Shown here one piece after another: positions 39,101-51,529 of a DNA stretch of 64,000 nt. Source of the stretch: Octopus sinensis (taxonomy: Eukaryota); the NCBI RefSeq assembly GCF_006345805.1, contig NC_043002.1, forward strand, positions 85,870,001 through 85,934,000, in the 5' to 3' direction. The position numbers and the translations under genes were made by a program. Below the pieces are notes generated by a model. The model was not told where the DNA came from and did not search any database. It saw nothing but the letters and a program-made list of their open reading frames with translations. Each line of letters starts with the position of its first letter. The stretch's first letter is position 1.

Positions 39101-42100
39101 CTTGTTCTAAAACCCCAATATACACACTGTATACACACACACACACAAACACACACAGAGTGATTGCTATATGTTTAAAACCATTCAACAGACTTGAATT
39201 TTCAACATCTCTAAAGTTTTCAAATAAAATTGGTAGATATAATTAAATATAGTGAAATTTATTACTTAAAACGGTTGATAAATGACTTGCATGGTTTACA
39301 ACATCCAACATGGAAAATGAATGTTAAAGGATGATGATGAAGATTCCAGAAGTTTAGAAGCACAAATAAAACATTGCAAAATTTGTTTAAATTTGTGATT
39401 CCAGATGAGTTTATGATATCTATTTTATAGCTCTGTACTAGTTGTGCCACTAAAGATGATATAACAATCAAGTTTGACACAATCATGTGAAACAAGTACA
39501 GAATGTTGTTTGAATCTGAATTGCAATTCTTCTTTTTGTGTAAAGACTAATGCCATCAATAGAGATACTGCCAGCTACCATGAACACCTTAGAAGTGGTG
39601 AACCCATGAAAGCATTTCCAAGAAAATACCAAATCATTCAAATGACTGCAGTTGGCATCAAACAGAACCTGGACATGTACAACAAACTCAAACTATTGGT
39701 GATAACTATTTGCAGGTGAATCATTAACTTGACATAAATAGGTACATTGCTTGCAAAAATCAATTATTCATGGAGAAATGAAATTGGACCATTGCCAGAT
39801 GAAACCTTGTGGAGTGGATGGGAGAACCTTAAGAGCTCCTTGAAGGAGGGTATCGAAGAGACAGTATCATAATCTTGCTCAGTTTATCCCATTTCTTTCC
39901 AAATTTCATCCTAGTGACAAAAAAGTCAATATATTCTTGGAAATATTCTTGTTTTTACAGAACATATATTGTGTATGATCAATATAGAATATAGAAACAT
40001 AGAAGTTATTTTCTATAATTATAAAGGTTTTTCTTAAAAAGAATTAGAATATTATAAAAGAATCTTACCTAAACCACACAGCAATCGTTTATTCATTGGC
40101 AAGTTTCCCTTCTCATCCACAGAGCGTTTCTTGAATTCTTCAAAAGCACCAAACCTAAAAGGATACCAACAAAAGTCAATTTTACCAAATGACTTTTTTT
40201 AAATATATCAAAAGTATCAAGTGAATGTATACACACATTTATGAATGTGTTATGATAGTGTACATGAACAAAGCAGAGAGATAAATTGGATATAAGAGGA
40301 ATCGGTCATGGTGTATATGAGAGACAGCTACACTAGTATGGAGATATATATGAATGATAACATGTGGGTGAGGAAGTACCAGATGTGGAAGGAACCAGTG
40401 GAAGAGAAACACCAGCTAAGACATAGGTTAGAAATGGTGAAGGCTAACCTCAGGAAGCAGAACCTCAAAGAGGAGATGATAAATTTGCAGGATGCTATGC
40501 TAGAGATCCTGTCCAAACCATGTAAACATGGAATAATGAACACACAAATATGATGATGATAATCATTAAGGTATTGATGGTGGTGGTGGTGATGGTAATA
40601 GTGGTAGTGATGATGATGACGATAGAATATGAGCAGTTTAAAGCATTTAATAGAAATAAATATATAATTAACCAAGTCTTACACTATTTCAAATTTTCAT
40701 TTACAAACAGTATTCTAGGACATATATGTATTTTATTAATAATTTTAATGACATCCAGATGTTGGCAACTTCAATTAGGTTCTGTAATTAAAGTTTATAG
40801 TTTGTATATATGCAAAGCTTATCTGGTGTTTTTATATTAACAATATCTTTATGTTTCTATCTTTACTACTTTATGAGTGAACCTATTTGAGTCACCTTCA
40901 GATCTAAACATGTGAACATTTCCATTTAGTTAACATAGGATTGTGTAGCAAGTAGCCATTTTAGCTATTTTGAAATACGGTGCAAATTGGCAATATGACG
41001 TAATGTCGTATTGCCGAAGAATTATTATTTTCGTTTTTTCCATTGGTCAATATAACTGCTCATATAAGGATTCTAAAAAGTTACATAAAGAATATTTGTA
41101 ATGGATTTCGATTCTTTTAAGTCAAGTTGAGCAGTTATAAAAACCCTGGATTTTGGGAAAAACTTTAGTGTTTGTTGAATGTAACTGAACTCCACGACAC
41201 TCACGCCTTTGAGACATTGGTGATTTTCATGCCATGTCCAAAGAAAATCACAAGTCTATTTTGAATTGTTGATTAATCTATTAGTTAGATTTATGAATGA
41301 GCTATAGAATATCTAGTCGTACTTATACACGCCGAAAATTATCTTTCCTTTCACATGTACATAATATAAAATGTTATATTTATATAATAAAACTAATTAA
41401 GAAAATGTTTCTCTTCACGTTTTTTTCAACTGAGTATAAATAATTTTTATAATTGCATGCAACATAATGGATATAAACGTACCAAAATTTTACATTTGAA
41501 ATTATTGTTCTGAGTTCAATCCTAACAATATGTAACCTATCTCTTAACAATTAGAAAATAGACAACAAAGCAATGTTAATCCTCATAAACAAATACTACT
41601 CTAGTAATACCTGCTTTCAAAATAGAATGTTCATGTAAGGAGAATCTGGATGATGGCATGTACTTTGGAGCATTCAACTGGCTACGTTTATGCGATAGAT
41701 TGAGAGCAAATATGGCTGGGTGACTGAAAAGTTTGTTTTGCAATCACAAGATGTTGGCATCTTGATCAAGTGTCTTTTGCTCAAGCCTTGAGTTACTTGA
41801 AGGCTTATGAGTGATATCAAGTAGACAGGCACTGTGTGGATGGACTGGAAACCTATTGGATAGATAGTACCAGCAATCAAAATGGTCAGCTTTGTTATAC
41901 ACAGAAACTGTGGTTATGCCTGAGGAATAATTAAGGATACAAATGTCCAGAATACTCAACCACTGGTAATTTGATGAGAAGGCAATATTAATTCTCAAAA
42001 CTGATAGGAGATCCATTTATTTATGCCATACATCTGCTCAAGCAAACTAAATCGAGCTACTCAACTGCAACAATCTTCTGATACTGAATAAATAATTCAA

Positions 42101-43694
42101 GAGAATTAATGAGCCCAAATCAATAGTAACTGAAGGTTGAAATCAGTTTATTGTCAGAAAACATTTGTAACAAAAAAACAAAACAAAATTATATGCAAGA
42201 CCAGCTGCTTCACAACAAACATATCATTTAGATACTTGTTTTACCACCAATAAACTATGATTTAGAACAAATTTAATTTGACATTTCAGTATACGTAGAA
42301 ATATTTGCTATTTATTCTGACCTAGCTGAAAAAAGTTTTCTTTTCCTCTCAAAGACACAGTCCTGAATCATCAAATTCCTCTTCTCTTCAAGACAAACTT
42401 AACCAAACTAATGAAATTCATTGTCTAAACTAAGACACTAAATTTGCTTGCTTAGCCCATCAAGATACTATGACTAAACGTAGTTCACTATATAATCACT
42501 GATCAAGTCCTGCAATAAAAACATTCACACCATAGGCTTGGATAGTAATGAAGGAATTCACATGATAAGCACGGACCATGACAAAAGCAGTCCCCTCTTA
42601 GATGCAATTCTCCCCTATGGGTCTGGAACATGATAGAACCAACAAGGAAGCCTCTATTTTATCAATTTACAAGAAACAGTAGCCAAAATTTCCTCAAATG
42701 ACATGCTGCCTTTTTATTTTGGATAATGTGGGTGGTCCTAAGTTCCTTGCATATGGCAGCCAAAAAGATGAGATAGTCACAGCAGGAATGCATTTGATCA
42801 CAAGTCAGCTTGATCTTGATATAAGAACTAGAAAGGAAATTCTCATCGTGGGCTTAAACTGTGACAGTGGCAATCACATCAAAGACCACAGACAGACTAA
42901 ACCAATTCTAACATAATGTTAAAGTGGACTGGACATTAATGAACTTGCACATGTCTTCCAAACATAATAGAATATTTAATGTATATTAAATGAAAGGGCA
43001 GTGTTAACAGGTCTAACATAATTTTGAACTTTAAAAAAGGGATCCTGGTTTGTTGCATAATAGGTATTAGTTAGAAAGAGCAACAGTTTGTTAAAGCACC
43101 AGCTGTTAAATTGCAAGCAATCATCTGAAATTCAATTATATGTTTACCTCAACTTGATACAAGAGCAGACTAGTTTAATTATAATTATCAAGCTTGCCAC
43201 ATTAAACATTAGTATTGACTGTGCTATTCATTTTAGATATACTTTTCACAATTATTGTCTATATCAGTTTTTTTTACTTAGCTACTAAAACAAGTTTTAG
43301 ACAATTATTGTAAAATAAGTAGACATGATTTGGGAAGCTCATTGACAGATAACAAATTAACTTTACCTACTGTACAAAGTTCACTACTATGATATAAAAC
43401 ATCAGTAACAGATAAAAAATTTTATGCAAAATAAACAACATAAGTCTTTTTGTTAGCAATAGTACACATAAATAGTTACTTACCTGACAGCAGATTTGGG
43501 GATGGAACCATAGAGTAATACACTAAGTCCTCGATACAAGCCCCGAACACCATGTTCTGACACTGTAACTTTCACGCAATCTATTGGACCTTTATATCGT
43601 TTAGCTTGACCAGATTTCTCATCCAGCTGTAGCTGAGTTTTTACATATTCTGTCGGGAATGTAATACAGATTTCAATGCCACCTGTGATGCCTC
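11505..43694 (-). CDS. SLC25A1: Mitochondrial citrate/tricarboxylate carrier, spliced gene span (6 coding exons visible; N-terminal exon not found)
   Basis: Joined exons translate continuously from [27 protein letters not shown] to [36 protein letters not shown]. Three carrier motifs are present (PTEYVK, PMETVK, PIDVIK). All introns are GT-AG and phase-compatible. The sequence closely matches human SLC25A1 and Drosophila sea as I recall them. Confidence 0.97.
12296..12612 (-). mobile_element. tRNA-derived SINE nested in the MITE
   Basis: The reverse complement begins gtggaggcacgtggctcagtggttagagcattgggctcacaatcatgaggtagtgagtttgattcc, with A- and B-box-like motifs. Confidence 0.75.
12645..12921 (-). 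mobile_element. Short retroelement with an RTE-type 3' tail (ccaacccatgctagcatgg...gatgatgatg)
   Basis: The same tail follows RTE coding remnants elsewhere in the window. It has two internal ~55-bp subrepeats. Confidence 0.8.
13608..13960 (+). mobile_element. Same RTE-tailed short retroelement family, opposite orientation
   Basis: About 85-90% identical by eye to the reverse complement of 12645-12921, with three internal subrepeats. Confidence 0.8.
14021..14404. repeat. Long inverted repeat: 175-bp arms (14021-14195 and 14230-14404) with a 34-bp spacer
   Basis: Direct arm-to-arm comparison shows about 6 mismatches. Confidence 0.95.
15850..16110 (-). mobile_element. Highly decayed RTE/BovB-like reverse transcriptase fragment
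   Basis: Remnant translation [15 protein letters not shown]...[11 protein letters not shown] across frameshifts. Confidence 0.55.
16201..16274 (-). CDS. SLC25A1: SLC25A1 exon (74 nt, phase 0 to 2): [25 protein letters not shown]
   Basis: Not in the ORF track; translated by hand. Acceptor tttcag| and donor |gtaagt. Homologous to human GLEAHKYRNTWDCGLQILKKEGLKA. Confidence 0.93.
17066..17578. repeat. Minisatellite, 27 x 19 bp (consensus gcaacagtatgagacactt), with blocks of variant units
   Basis: Units counted directly: 513 bp / 19 = 27. Confidence 0.97.
17830..18345. repeat. Purine-rich (GA/AAG) low-complexity tract
   Basis: Composition. It produces spurious F/L/S-rich ORFs on the minus strand. 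Confidence 0.85.
18503..19614. mobile_element. Candidate non-autonomous DNA transposon with ~270-bp terminal inverted repeats
   Basis: 18503-18775 is about 80-85% identical by eye to the reverse complement of 19347-19614. The ~570-bp interior is non-coding. Confidence 0.65.
21697..22094 (+). mobile_element. Internally deleted Tc1/mariner element (~400 bp) retaining the transposase C-terminus
   Basis: Perfect 18-bp inverted repeat tgaaaagtctggctgcat (21708-21725 and 22065-22082) near TA flanks. ORF 21814..22020 ([30 protein letters not shown]...[10 protein letters not shown]) matches the Tc1/mariner C-terminal pattern. Confidence 0.8.
22110..22330 (-). mobile_element. Decayed RTE-like RT fragment
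   Basis: [22 protein letters not shown] resembles RTE RSDGKLFNL..RDLLFADD. Confidence 0.4.
24673..25455 (-). mobile_element. 5'-truncated RTE-clade LINE (RT C-terminal half with Cys-rich insert)
   Basis: ORFs 24975..25478 ([42 protein letters not shown]) and 24673..24978 ([29 protein letters not shown]) are separated by a frameshift. Confidence 0.92.
25745..25965 (-). CDS. SLC25A1: SLC25A1 exon (221 nt, phase 1 to 0): [73 protein letters not shown]
   Basis: Lies within ORF 25667..26008. Acceptor cttatag| and donor |gttagt. Confidence 0.95.
26157..26294 (-). CDS. SLC25A1: SLC25A1 exon (138 nt, phase 1 to 1): [45 protein letters not shown](G)
   Basis: Lies within ORF 26131..26385. Acceptor tcttag| and donor |gtatgt. 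Confidence 0.95.
29395..29882 (+). mobile_element. 3' end of a non-LTR retrotransposon ending in an (AAT)n tail
   Basis: A GC-richer ~490-bp block preceded by (AAC)n and ending ctctcactcaataataataataataataat. No coding remnant; family not determined. Confidence 0.55.
35110..35480 (+). mobile_element. Decayed CR1-like LINE RT C-terminus
   Basis: Remnant [19 protein letters not shown] resembles the CR1 RKY..P.QLLILYKAQIRP region. Confidence 0.55.
37089..37400 (+). mobile_element. Decayed CR1-like LINE 3' coding end
   Basis: ORF 37089..37415 contains [37 protein letters not shown], matching the CR1 terminal motif P..RT..Y..SF.PRT..WN.LP...NL..FK. Confidence 0.6.
40069..40154 (-). CDS. SLC25A1: SLC25A1 exon (86 nt, phase 2 to 1): [28 protein letters not shown](G)
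   Basis: Not in the ORF track; translated by hand. Acceptor ttttag| and donor |gtaaga. It fills the gap between KSAVR and GAGVSEA exactly. Confidence 0.93.
40375..40565 (+). mobile_element. RTE LINE extreme 3' end with tail
   Basis: [28 protein letters not shown] is followed by ccaaaccatgtaaacatgg and (gat)n. Confidence 0.6.
43484..43694 (-). CDS. SLC25A1: SLC25A1 exon (first visible, 211 nt, phase 1 to 2): [70 protein letters not shown]
   Basis: Lies within ORF 43480..43755. Acceptor ctgaag| at 43695 and donor |gtaagt at 43483. Confidence 0.95.
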
Positions 43695-46600
43695 CTTCAG
43701 GATGCAAAAGAGGGAAAATAAAGAAAAAAAATTTTACAGATATGGATTCAATCATTATTTCCGTAAGAAAAAAAAAATTAACTTAAAATTTGTCTGATTT
43801 TTCTAGTTTGTGTTCTAATTCATAATCTGGTTTCCATTTGCACCACATTTATTCTCCTCTTCCTCAAACTTATAAGCTTCTATTTTTCTCCCACTAAGAA
43901 ATTTTATGTCTAGCTGGAAAAAACAACAGAACACCACTCTTGTTTATCTCCACATACATTACAACGCTATCCTACAGGAGAAAATCCTCATCATTTTTTC
44001 ATTCATTCTGCTATCCTTGCATGGATCGGATGGAATTTTGTTGAAGCAGATTTCCTTTGTGTCGTCAACCATCATGTTTCCAAGGTAAGATTTCCCCATA
44101 ACTAGACAGGTGTTCATGGAATTTTGGGCGCAAAGGACACCACATGCATGATGCTGGAATTTCCTTACAACTATCACATGAGAAACATGCTAACCTGAGG
44201 TTAAGTAACAACATGCTAGATAAAAACCATTTCTACCCAATTCCACATACTTATTTTAAACCTTATTTTGAACAATGAGAGAAGAAACAGATTGGGCTGC
44301 AGTTACAGTGAAGTTTCTCCTGTAGCCAACAGTATTTTACCTCACCCCAACATGAGCAGGTGTCCTGTTTGCTAACATTAGTTCTGCATGCTTGAAATTC
44401 TAATGCATAAATTGCTGGATTAAGTACATTATTTTGGAAAGAACTGATCAGGCTCTACATGACTAAATCTATAACACAGGGTTAACTTATCAAACAAATC
44501 CCTGTATTATCATTTCTGGCTATGACCTCAGCATAATTGTAAAGAATGTTCTAGGCATGTATTGTTAAACTAAGGTGTGATGCAACTATATAATAGCTCT
44601 TTAACTAAACCTCAATTATCTAGCAAGAGTTACTAAATATAATGTGCCTTGAAGTAAATACTGAAACTTGTAGTTCAAACATAGAAAGGCTGTTATGTAG
44701 ATATTTATCACTGATGGCTGAACCAATAAGGTAACAGCAAAAAGAATGGCAGCTCACATCTTATTACTGGTACTGTGTTGTACCCCAGCTGAAGAAATTA
44801 AGCTCTCTGTACACTTGACATAACTGCAAATCTGTTATTGCTGTTTAGCCCCAAGTCAACCTTGATTGAGCAGAGCAATGATGAAACCTGTTCCAATCAA
44901 GATAATCTTGCCTTTTTAAGAGCAGCAAGGAATACAATTTCCTTCAACTTCCCTTTTTCAACACAATAAAAAAGATCAAGTATCAAAATAGTTTTCCCCT
45001 CAACAGCAAAAAAGTAATACAGGGATGTATAGACCAATGCTATAAGTAGTATAAACACTGTATAATCATATCTTATGTCAACGAGTTCAAATTTCTCCTA
45101 TAGGTACAACTGTAAAGGGCTTAAGCAGGAGGGAGAGCAGTATCTATGAAGCTTTCAGGGCGTCTGAGACTGGAGAAGGATAGGGCAGAAGTTGACAAAT
45201 AAAGTACCAATCAAGTACTCAGGATTGATTTAACCAACAATACACCAAACCTAAAATTTCTGACTTTGTACTAGAAATCAATTTTAGTTTTTTTAGGAAA
45301 AAGAGAAAAGCATCAGCATACAGTAATTTATTCTGTTGAATAGATCTGATCAATTGAAACTAAATATAGTAAAGATGCTTTGAAACTAATTCTGTAAAAT
45401 AACAGCCTTAAACTGTTTGAAGGTCATTGAAAGGACAAGGATTTAATAAGGTTTTTGGTCTTCAAACATTTATTATACTTTCCATTTTATTTCAATACCA
45501 TTTCTTCTGTAATATATTATCTTACTATTGATTTCTCTTGACTAGTATGAAAGTCAGTTGGTTTTTGTTGAGGGGTGATATAGTCAATTGAATCGACTTT
45601 TATTTGTAATTTTTCTTTTAATGGTTGATATGCAGAGTGATTTGGAGCCAGTAGCAGAGGAGGCCGCCAATGTTCTTAGCCCCCAGACCATATCCTGCTC
45701 ACTGCTATTAGGGCGGAGATGGCTATCCACAAGTGCAAGCCCCATGAGTCAGAGAGGCTGTTTCAGCACATCTCCCTTGCCTATCCTCCAGGGAAAAGCC
45801 TTTTCCATTTTGTTTGTTGGGACCATGAGGTGGTCTGAATTACAGGAACTTATACATTCCACTCCTTAATGTAAAGTTACCCAACATAAATAGCTCTCAC
45901 CACCATACAGTTCTTAAAAATAAATTTCAATTTATATTTAAACTTGAAGAAAATTCAATCTCCCAGGAGATAAATTGGATGCAGTAAATCAACTAGTTCT
46001 ATTCTGGCCTATATTATCATCTAGTTGTTGCTATTGTTGTTTAACCCCAGGTCAGTTCAGGTGTCAGGCCAATCACCAAATATGTTCCAACTGTAACTAT
46101 CTCATCTACGCAGCCCAATATATCATTAAAAAAATAAAATGGTGAGTTAAATATTCTAGCATGTTGAGTAATCACATCAATCAGTCCCCGTAGGCTTTCA
46201 TTTAGGTCTAAGGAATGTTTACAGTAGCCAACAAACGGAAAGAAATGTGGAAGAGCATAAAAATAGCAATGAGCACAATTATTATCAATCTCTAAAACCA
46301 TTGACTTCATTTTCTTGTCTGCAGGCAAAATATTTTACAAATGAACAAGCAAATAAGTCCAAAAATTAAGCTACAAACAGCTAACAGGTGGAAGAAATCA
46401 ATCCTACTGCTTTATATATTACTAATGCTACTGCTACATTTAAAGACATTGGAATAGTCCTATTGATTTTCTTCACAGAAAGAGGAGGGAAAATGTTAGA
46501 AGATATATGAAATAATAAAGTATCAAAGTAATAGTGTGAAGGGAGATAAGAAAATACTGCAATATAAAAAAGAATACCGGAAATTAATTAGCAAGAAATA

Positions 46601-48124
46601 ATAGCTAAATAAAAAAAAAAGATATATATTGATGATTCTGATTGAGTCACTTAGATAAATTACATTTAGAAAATGAAATTAATGAAACCAAAATTGTCAT
46701 GTAATTAGATTACACAAGTATATGTACAACCTTCCATATATTAAAGCTATATAAAATATTGATTAATAAGATTTAATGAATCCATCTTTGCCAAATTTGC
46801 AGAACTATCCAGATCATATATAGTATTAAATATGATATGAACTGGAAATGGATTAGCTTTGACATGAGAATTTGAGAGAATTAAAATCAAACAGCGAAAT
46901 TCAGTACAATTTCACATGATTTTCTTTAAAATGACATCAACTTTGTGGAGAGTTAACTTAAAATACACCATTAGTTTAATGAAATTTGAAGTTTGGGCTG
47001 TCAATTTTAGAAAGACAGAACTCAATATTGTACCAAGTTAAGCATCTTCAAGCATTGCATTTGAGATGCATTCCAGAAGGCTGTGCCAGAAAATGCTGTT
47101 CTCTATTATCTGTGGTTAGCAATTGATTTCATGTTGTGTGTCTGCCAACAACATCAATGTAGTTGAATGGTCTTTGTCCCCCATTAGAATGCAAAAGTCT
47201 CCAAGATAGAACGTCTGATATGGCCTAGTGTTCAGCATGATACACAATAGGTCTAACTATAAAATCATAAATGAATTCCATCCAGGATTCCACGGGAGTA
47301 AAATTTTATTTAGTAAAGTGGACATTAACATAATATTAGAAGAGAAGGAATTTCAAATTATACCCACAGTGAGAAGAACCACTCAAACTACTTGATTAAT
47401 TTTGGTCATGAATGGCAGGGAAGATAACTCTTGAATTTAAATTAATCAAAAATTGAGTACAGTGAGGAGTAAGTGATGATTGATTAGCAACATGGATGAT
47501 AAATCAATTCAGTCTTATCAGACTTTATCAGTTGGACAGTGCGATCATTTGTACAGAATGACTACTGAGATATATAGAATTTTTGTGAATGAACACTGAG
47601 TAATGTTATAACTTGAATAATTTTTGGAAAGAGTATACATAGATACCTGTTACATGAAAAACAATAAAAACGTTTGCTAGCATATTTAATGAAGTGAATC
47701 AGGAATGTTTAATTAATTAAAATTATACCTAGTGAAAAGAACCAACCTTTATCATTTTCTTTATGCTAGTTTCAGAGGTTTGCCCGAATACAACTACTGC
47801 TATCTATTACTACATCTCGTAACATTAATCAACAGAAGCACAGTATAACTTACTATTTCATTAACTAAAACAGCTGTGCTGAAACCATTGTAGCTTGGAG
47901 AAGAAATGACCCAATGAAGTTAAGTATCTATGAACTTTGCCAGTTTTTTCCAGATTGGGGAATTAGTGTTCAATATGAATTTCTGTACTGCCTGGGTACC
48001 ATGTATGTCCCTTATAGCAAGACACATGTTTCTGCCTCTCTGTCTCACTAACTTTTCATCATCTGACATCCTCCTCCAATGCCCCCCCCCCCCTTTCTTA
48101 AAATTCCATCTTGCAAGTTACTTG

Positions 48125-48402
48125 GGTACCCTGCCAGTACTGATGTCACATAAAAAGCATCCAGTTCACACTGTAAAGTGGTTGGCATTTGGAAGGGTTT
48201 GCCAAACCTGACCTCGACTGTGCTGGTGTTATGTAAGAAGCACTCAGCCCACTCTGTGGGATGGTTGGTGTTAGGAAGGGCATCCAGCCATAAAAACCAT
48301 GCTAAAACAGACACAGTAGCCTGGGGTAGTCTTCTAATTGGCCAGCTCCTGTCAGACTGTCCAACACATACCAGCATAGAAGACAGATGTTAAATGATGA
48401 TG
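48125..48402 (+). mobile_element. RTE-tailed short retroelement
   Basis: aaaagcatcc..gttggcatt.ggaagg..ccaacacataccagcatagaagacagatgttaaatgatgatg. Confidence 0.7.
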
Positions 48403-50164
48403 AAAGGATTTCTGGAAAAAAATTTTATGAAGTGCTTGTTGCAAGATTCAGGGAGTAAAACACTGTAGGGATTATGAGAAAAGGAGAAGGAGGCTGTGAT
48501 CTACAGTGTACCTGTTGTATTTGAAATGATGCAGTTTCTTAATTAAAATGACCACATGACCAACTAATGTATTATATGCAAATCAGGATGGCTGCTAATG
48601 TTATATGCTGGTAAGTTACCACTATATATAACACTTCAAAGTACTCTAGGTAGTCAAAGAATAACAGTACATTTCTGATGAGGGACAATTATCCTAAGAC
48701 AAATTTACAGGAAGATTCCCAACCATTTATTAAGAGAATAGGATGTCTTCACAACAGTTCGGTCTCCACAACTAAAGCTTTCAAATAAATAACTGGAATT
48801 CTTTTCTACATTATGTTTCAGATATTCTGAACAACACTGTGTTCTATAAAAAGATAACCCTTTAGATCTGTGTCTAAATTCCAACAATTATATCGAAAGT
48901 TGCTATAAAAATTATTTCTGTTTTAGGAGAATTGTTAATATTTGTTTGCTCTTGCCTGTTTCTTTGTAAAATCCTTGATTAGCTCCAAAAATACAAAAAT
49001 AAAATAACAAGTGGTACAAAAACAACCAAATCCTACGACTATTTAAGGGTTTGTCCAACTAAATATTTTGAAACCGATTTAACTTTATCTGATTCCAATA
49101 ACTTACAAAAATTTTCAATGAAAACTTTATTCCAATTCATTCATATCTTTTACAATTCTTCTGTTTCATTCTTGACGTTTTCTATCAGTTAATCAAATAA
49201 AATATCTTTTTAATATTTGCAAGTAACAGCCAGTCAAAAATTGGCATGTTTTCAGATAATTGTTCCAGCAGTTATTTTTTTTTCTTCATGCTCAAAACTC
49301 ACAAATTATGTTGAACAAAATAGTATTTTCAATCAAGAGACATAGCAACTAGCTTCTCTCCAATGCTCTTAGTTATTGGAGCTCTCACCTGAATAATACA
49401 AACCCTGTGATTCAAACCAAACAAAATGGTTCTCCTTGAATACATAAACTACAAGGTTTTCAGTGTGTCATGCATCAAACTGAAATCTCTCCCTATAAAT
49501 CATTAGAGAGCAAATGGTTTATCAGCCGGACAAATTTACAACTACCTACAACTCAACAGTTGAGTGATAGCTTATGTTAACTAAGTATTTCTGTTGTAAG
49601 AAGGGTAAGGTACTCAGACTAAGGAAACAATTCCATTTATATTCAGTATTGTTTTAAGCATCCCCAATATCATTAAGAGTAGATATATTTGCTACTAACT
49701 ACCATTATGTCACAGGAAAGTTTCATTTTAACCTTTTAATGGTTTCAATCATTGGCTTGCAGCCCTGCTGGGCAAAATCTATCAAAAGGTTTCAAGTGAT
49801 TATATCAGCTCAAGTTGGTACTTATTTCATTGGCCTCAAAAGTAAAGGCAAAGTTAACCACTACAAAATTTGAACTCAGAACAAACAGAGGTAAGTTACA
49901 AGTATTTTGCCTGATGCTCTACCAACTCTGGCAGTCCACTGTCTAATGGTTATCAAATATAAAAATCTAGAAATGAGAAACTGTAGTTTATTTTAAGTAG
50001 ACTTAAAAGTGCTTTGTGCCTCACTATTTACTCAGCTAACTCACTGAGTGATGGATATTTATACAGTATGAAAATCTATTACCATTTGTAGAGAATTATT
50101 ATTAGTGACCTGCAGTGATAAATTATGACTGAATTGTTTCAATTTCCACATAGAACTAATTTAA

Positions 50165-50500
50165 GAAGCTTGCTTCCCAACCACATGGTTCTGGGTTCAG
50201 TCCCACTGGGTAGCACTTTGGGCAAGTGTCTTCTACACTATAGCCTCAGGCCGACCAAAGCCTTGAGTGGATTTGGTTGATGAAAATCATATATATATTT
50301 ATTTATTATGTGGGGGGGGGTCCCCAGCATCACTCGACAACCAATGCTGGAGTGTTTATGTCCCAGTAACTTAGTGGTTTGGCAAAAGAGACTGATAAAA
50401 TAAGTACTAGGTTTACGAAGAATGTCCTGGGGGGCGATTTGTTTGACTAAAGGCAGTGCTCCAGCATGACCACAGTCAAATGACTGAAACAAGTAAAAGA
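50165..50500 (+). mobile_element. tRNA-derived SINE
   Basis: Head cttgcttcccaaccacatggttctgggttcagtcccactg and tail agtcaaatgactgaaacaagtaaaag. Related copies lie at 4030-4205 (minus) and 38450-38700. Confidence 0.75.
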
Positions 50501-51529
50501 GTAAAAACTGGTATGTCTTATTGGTTAATGTTTCTCAATGATTCAAGTTTATCCCTGCTATTTAATAAATAAAATAAATGAAAGTATGCCAAAACAGTTA
50601 ATATAACATGGGATTCCCTGGCCCTTAAGGATTTTATCTTCATAAGCCAGGTTAATAGAATCTATTGATCCCAGGTTTATGTGTAATGGAGAAACAAGAC
50701 AGCATGATACAGTGAACAAGCAAAATTAAACTTAGGTTACAGATTCAGCACACTACAGGATCACAATGTATATAAAGAACTAATGAAAAATTGTGTGTAC
50801 ATGTGGGAGTGAGTGCATGCATGTGCACCTAATAAAACAAATCAGTGCAAACACATACAGACATGTTCATGAACAGGTAAATTAATATGCATTGTAACTT
50901 CATTAATGTCTGAACAGAAACAGAGCTGAAATCTTCAAAACCAACCAATGATCTATTTCATGATCAATAAGCTGTATTGTGAATAATGGCATTGTCAGTA
51001 ACACTGTCTTTAAAGCTACTGATAAATACTTCACAGTAGCTTGGCTGGTGTTGCAGACTCACAGCAAACAGAAACTGGCTTCTCGCTTTCAATATCACTC
51101 ACATAGTCTTTGCTATAAGCTTTCTGTCAATGCATGCGATTGTTCCATTAAAGGACTTACTTCCTGCGCAAACATCAGGATCAGCTTCAATTAACCAGCA
51201 ATATCACTTAACAGATAAGTGAAAACATCGTTTTGTTTGTTTCCAGTTCAACCAAAGGTCAATACACAAATGCATCAAGTTATTCCAGTCATTTTTACTA
51301 AAGAAAAAAAATCTGAGCCACACTGTTTCTGAAAACTTTAGTTGCTGAACAGGTTCATACTGATCTCTTAATAATAAATTTTTTACAGTTATTGAAGCGA
51401 AGAAAAAGTGTGATTATAATGTCAATATTTCTGTCACAATTACACAAAATAACTGGACCAAATCTAGATCAAAACCTAACTTATTCAGCACTCCCCAACC
51501 TCACTATGGTAGCTATTACAATCACTAAA

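Noticed and set aside
39420-39900. Cys-rich ORF ([19 protein letters not shown]) suggesting a knottin or toxin-like peptide
   Set aside because: The cysteine framework is incomplete, there is no signal peptide, and no consistent splice sites. It may be a decayed TE.
43978-44084. Plus-strand exon-like segment (cctacag|...ccaag|gtaaga) encoding a signal-peptide-like EKILIIFSFILLSLHGSDG
   Set aside because: It aligns with the dispersed RTE-tailed repeat also seen at ~24370-24590 (tttccaag..ttcccc..acaactatcac), so the splice-like sites are probably repeat-derived.
51140-51215. Candidate SLC25A1 exon 1 (LLSDIAG|gttaat, or a donor at gtaagt ~51150)
   Set aside because: The donor is weak, there is no resemblance to the KGI[IV]AG or KAILAG motif, and no convincing upstream ATG frame.
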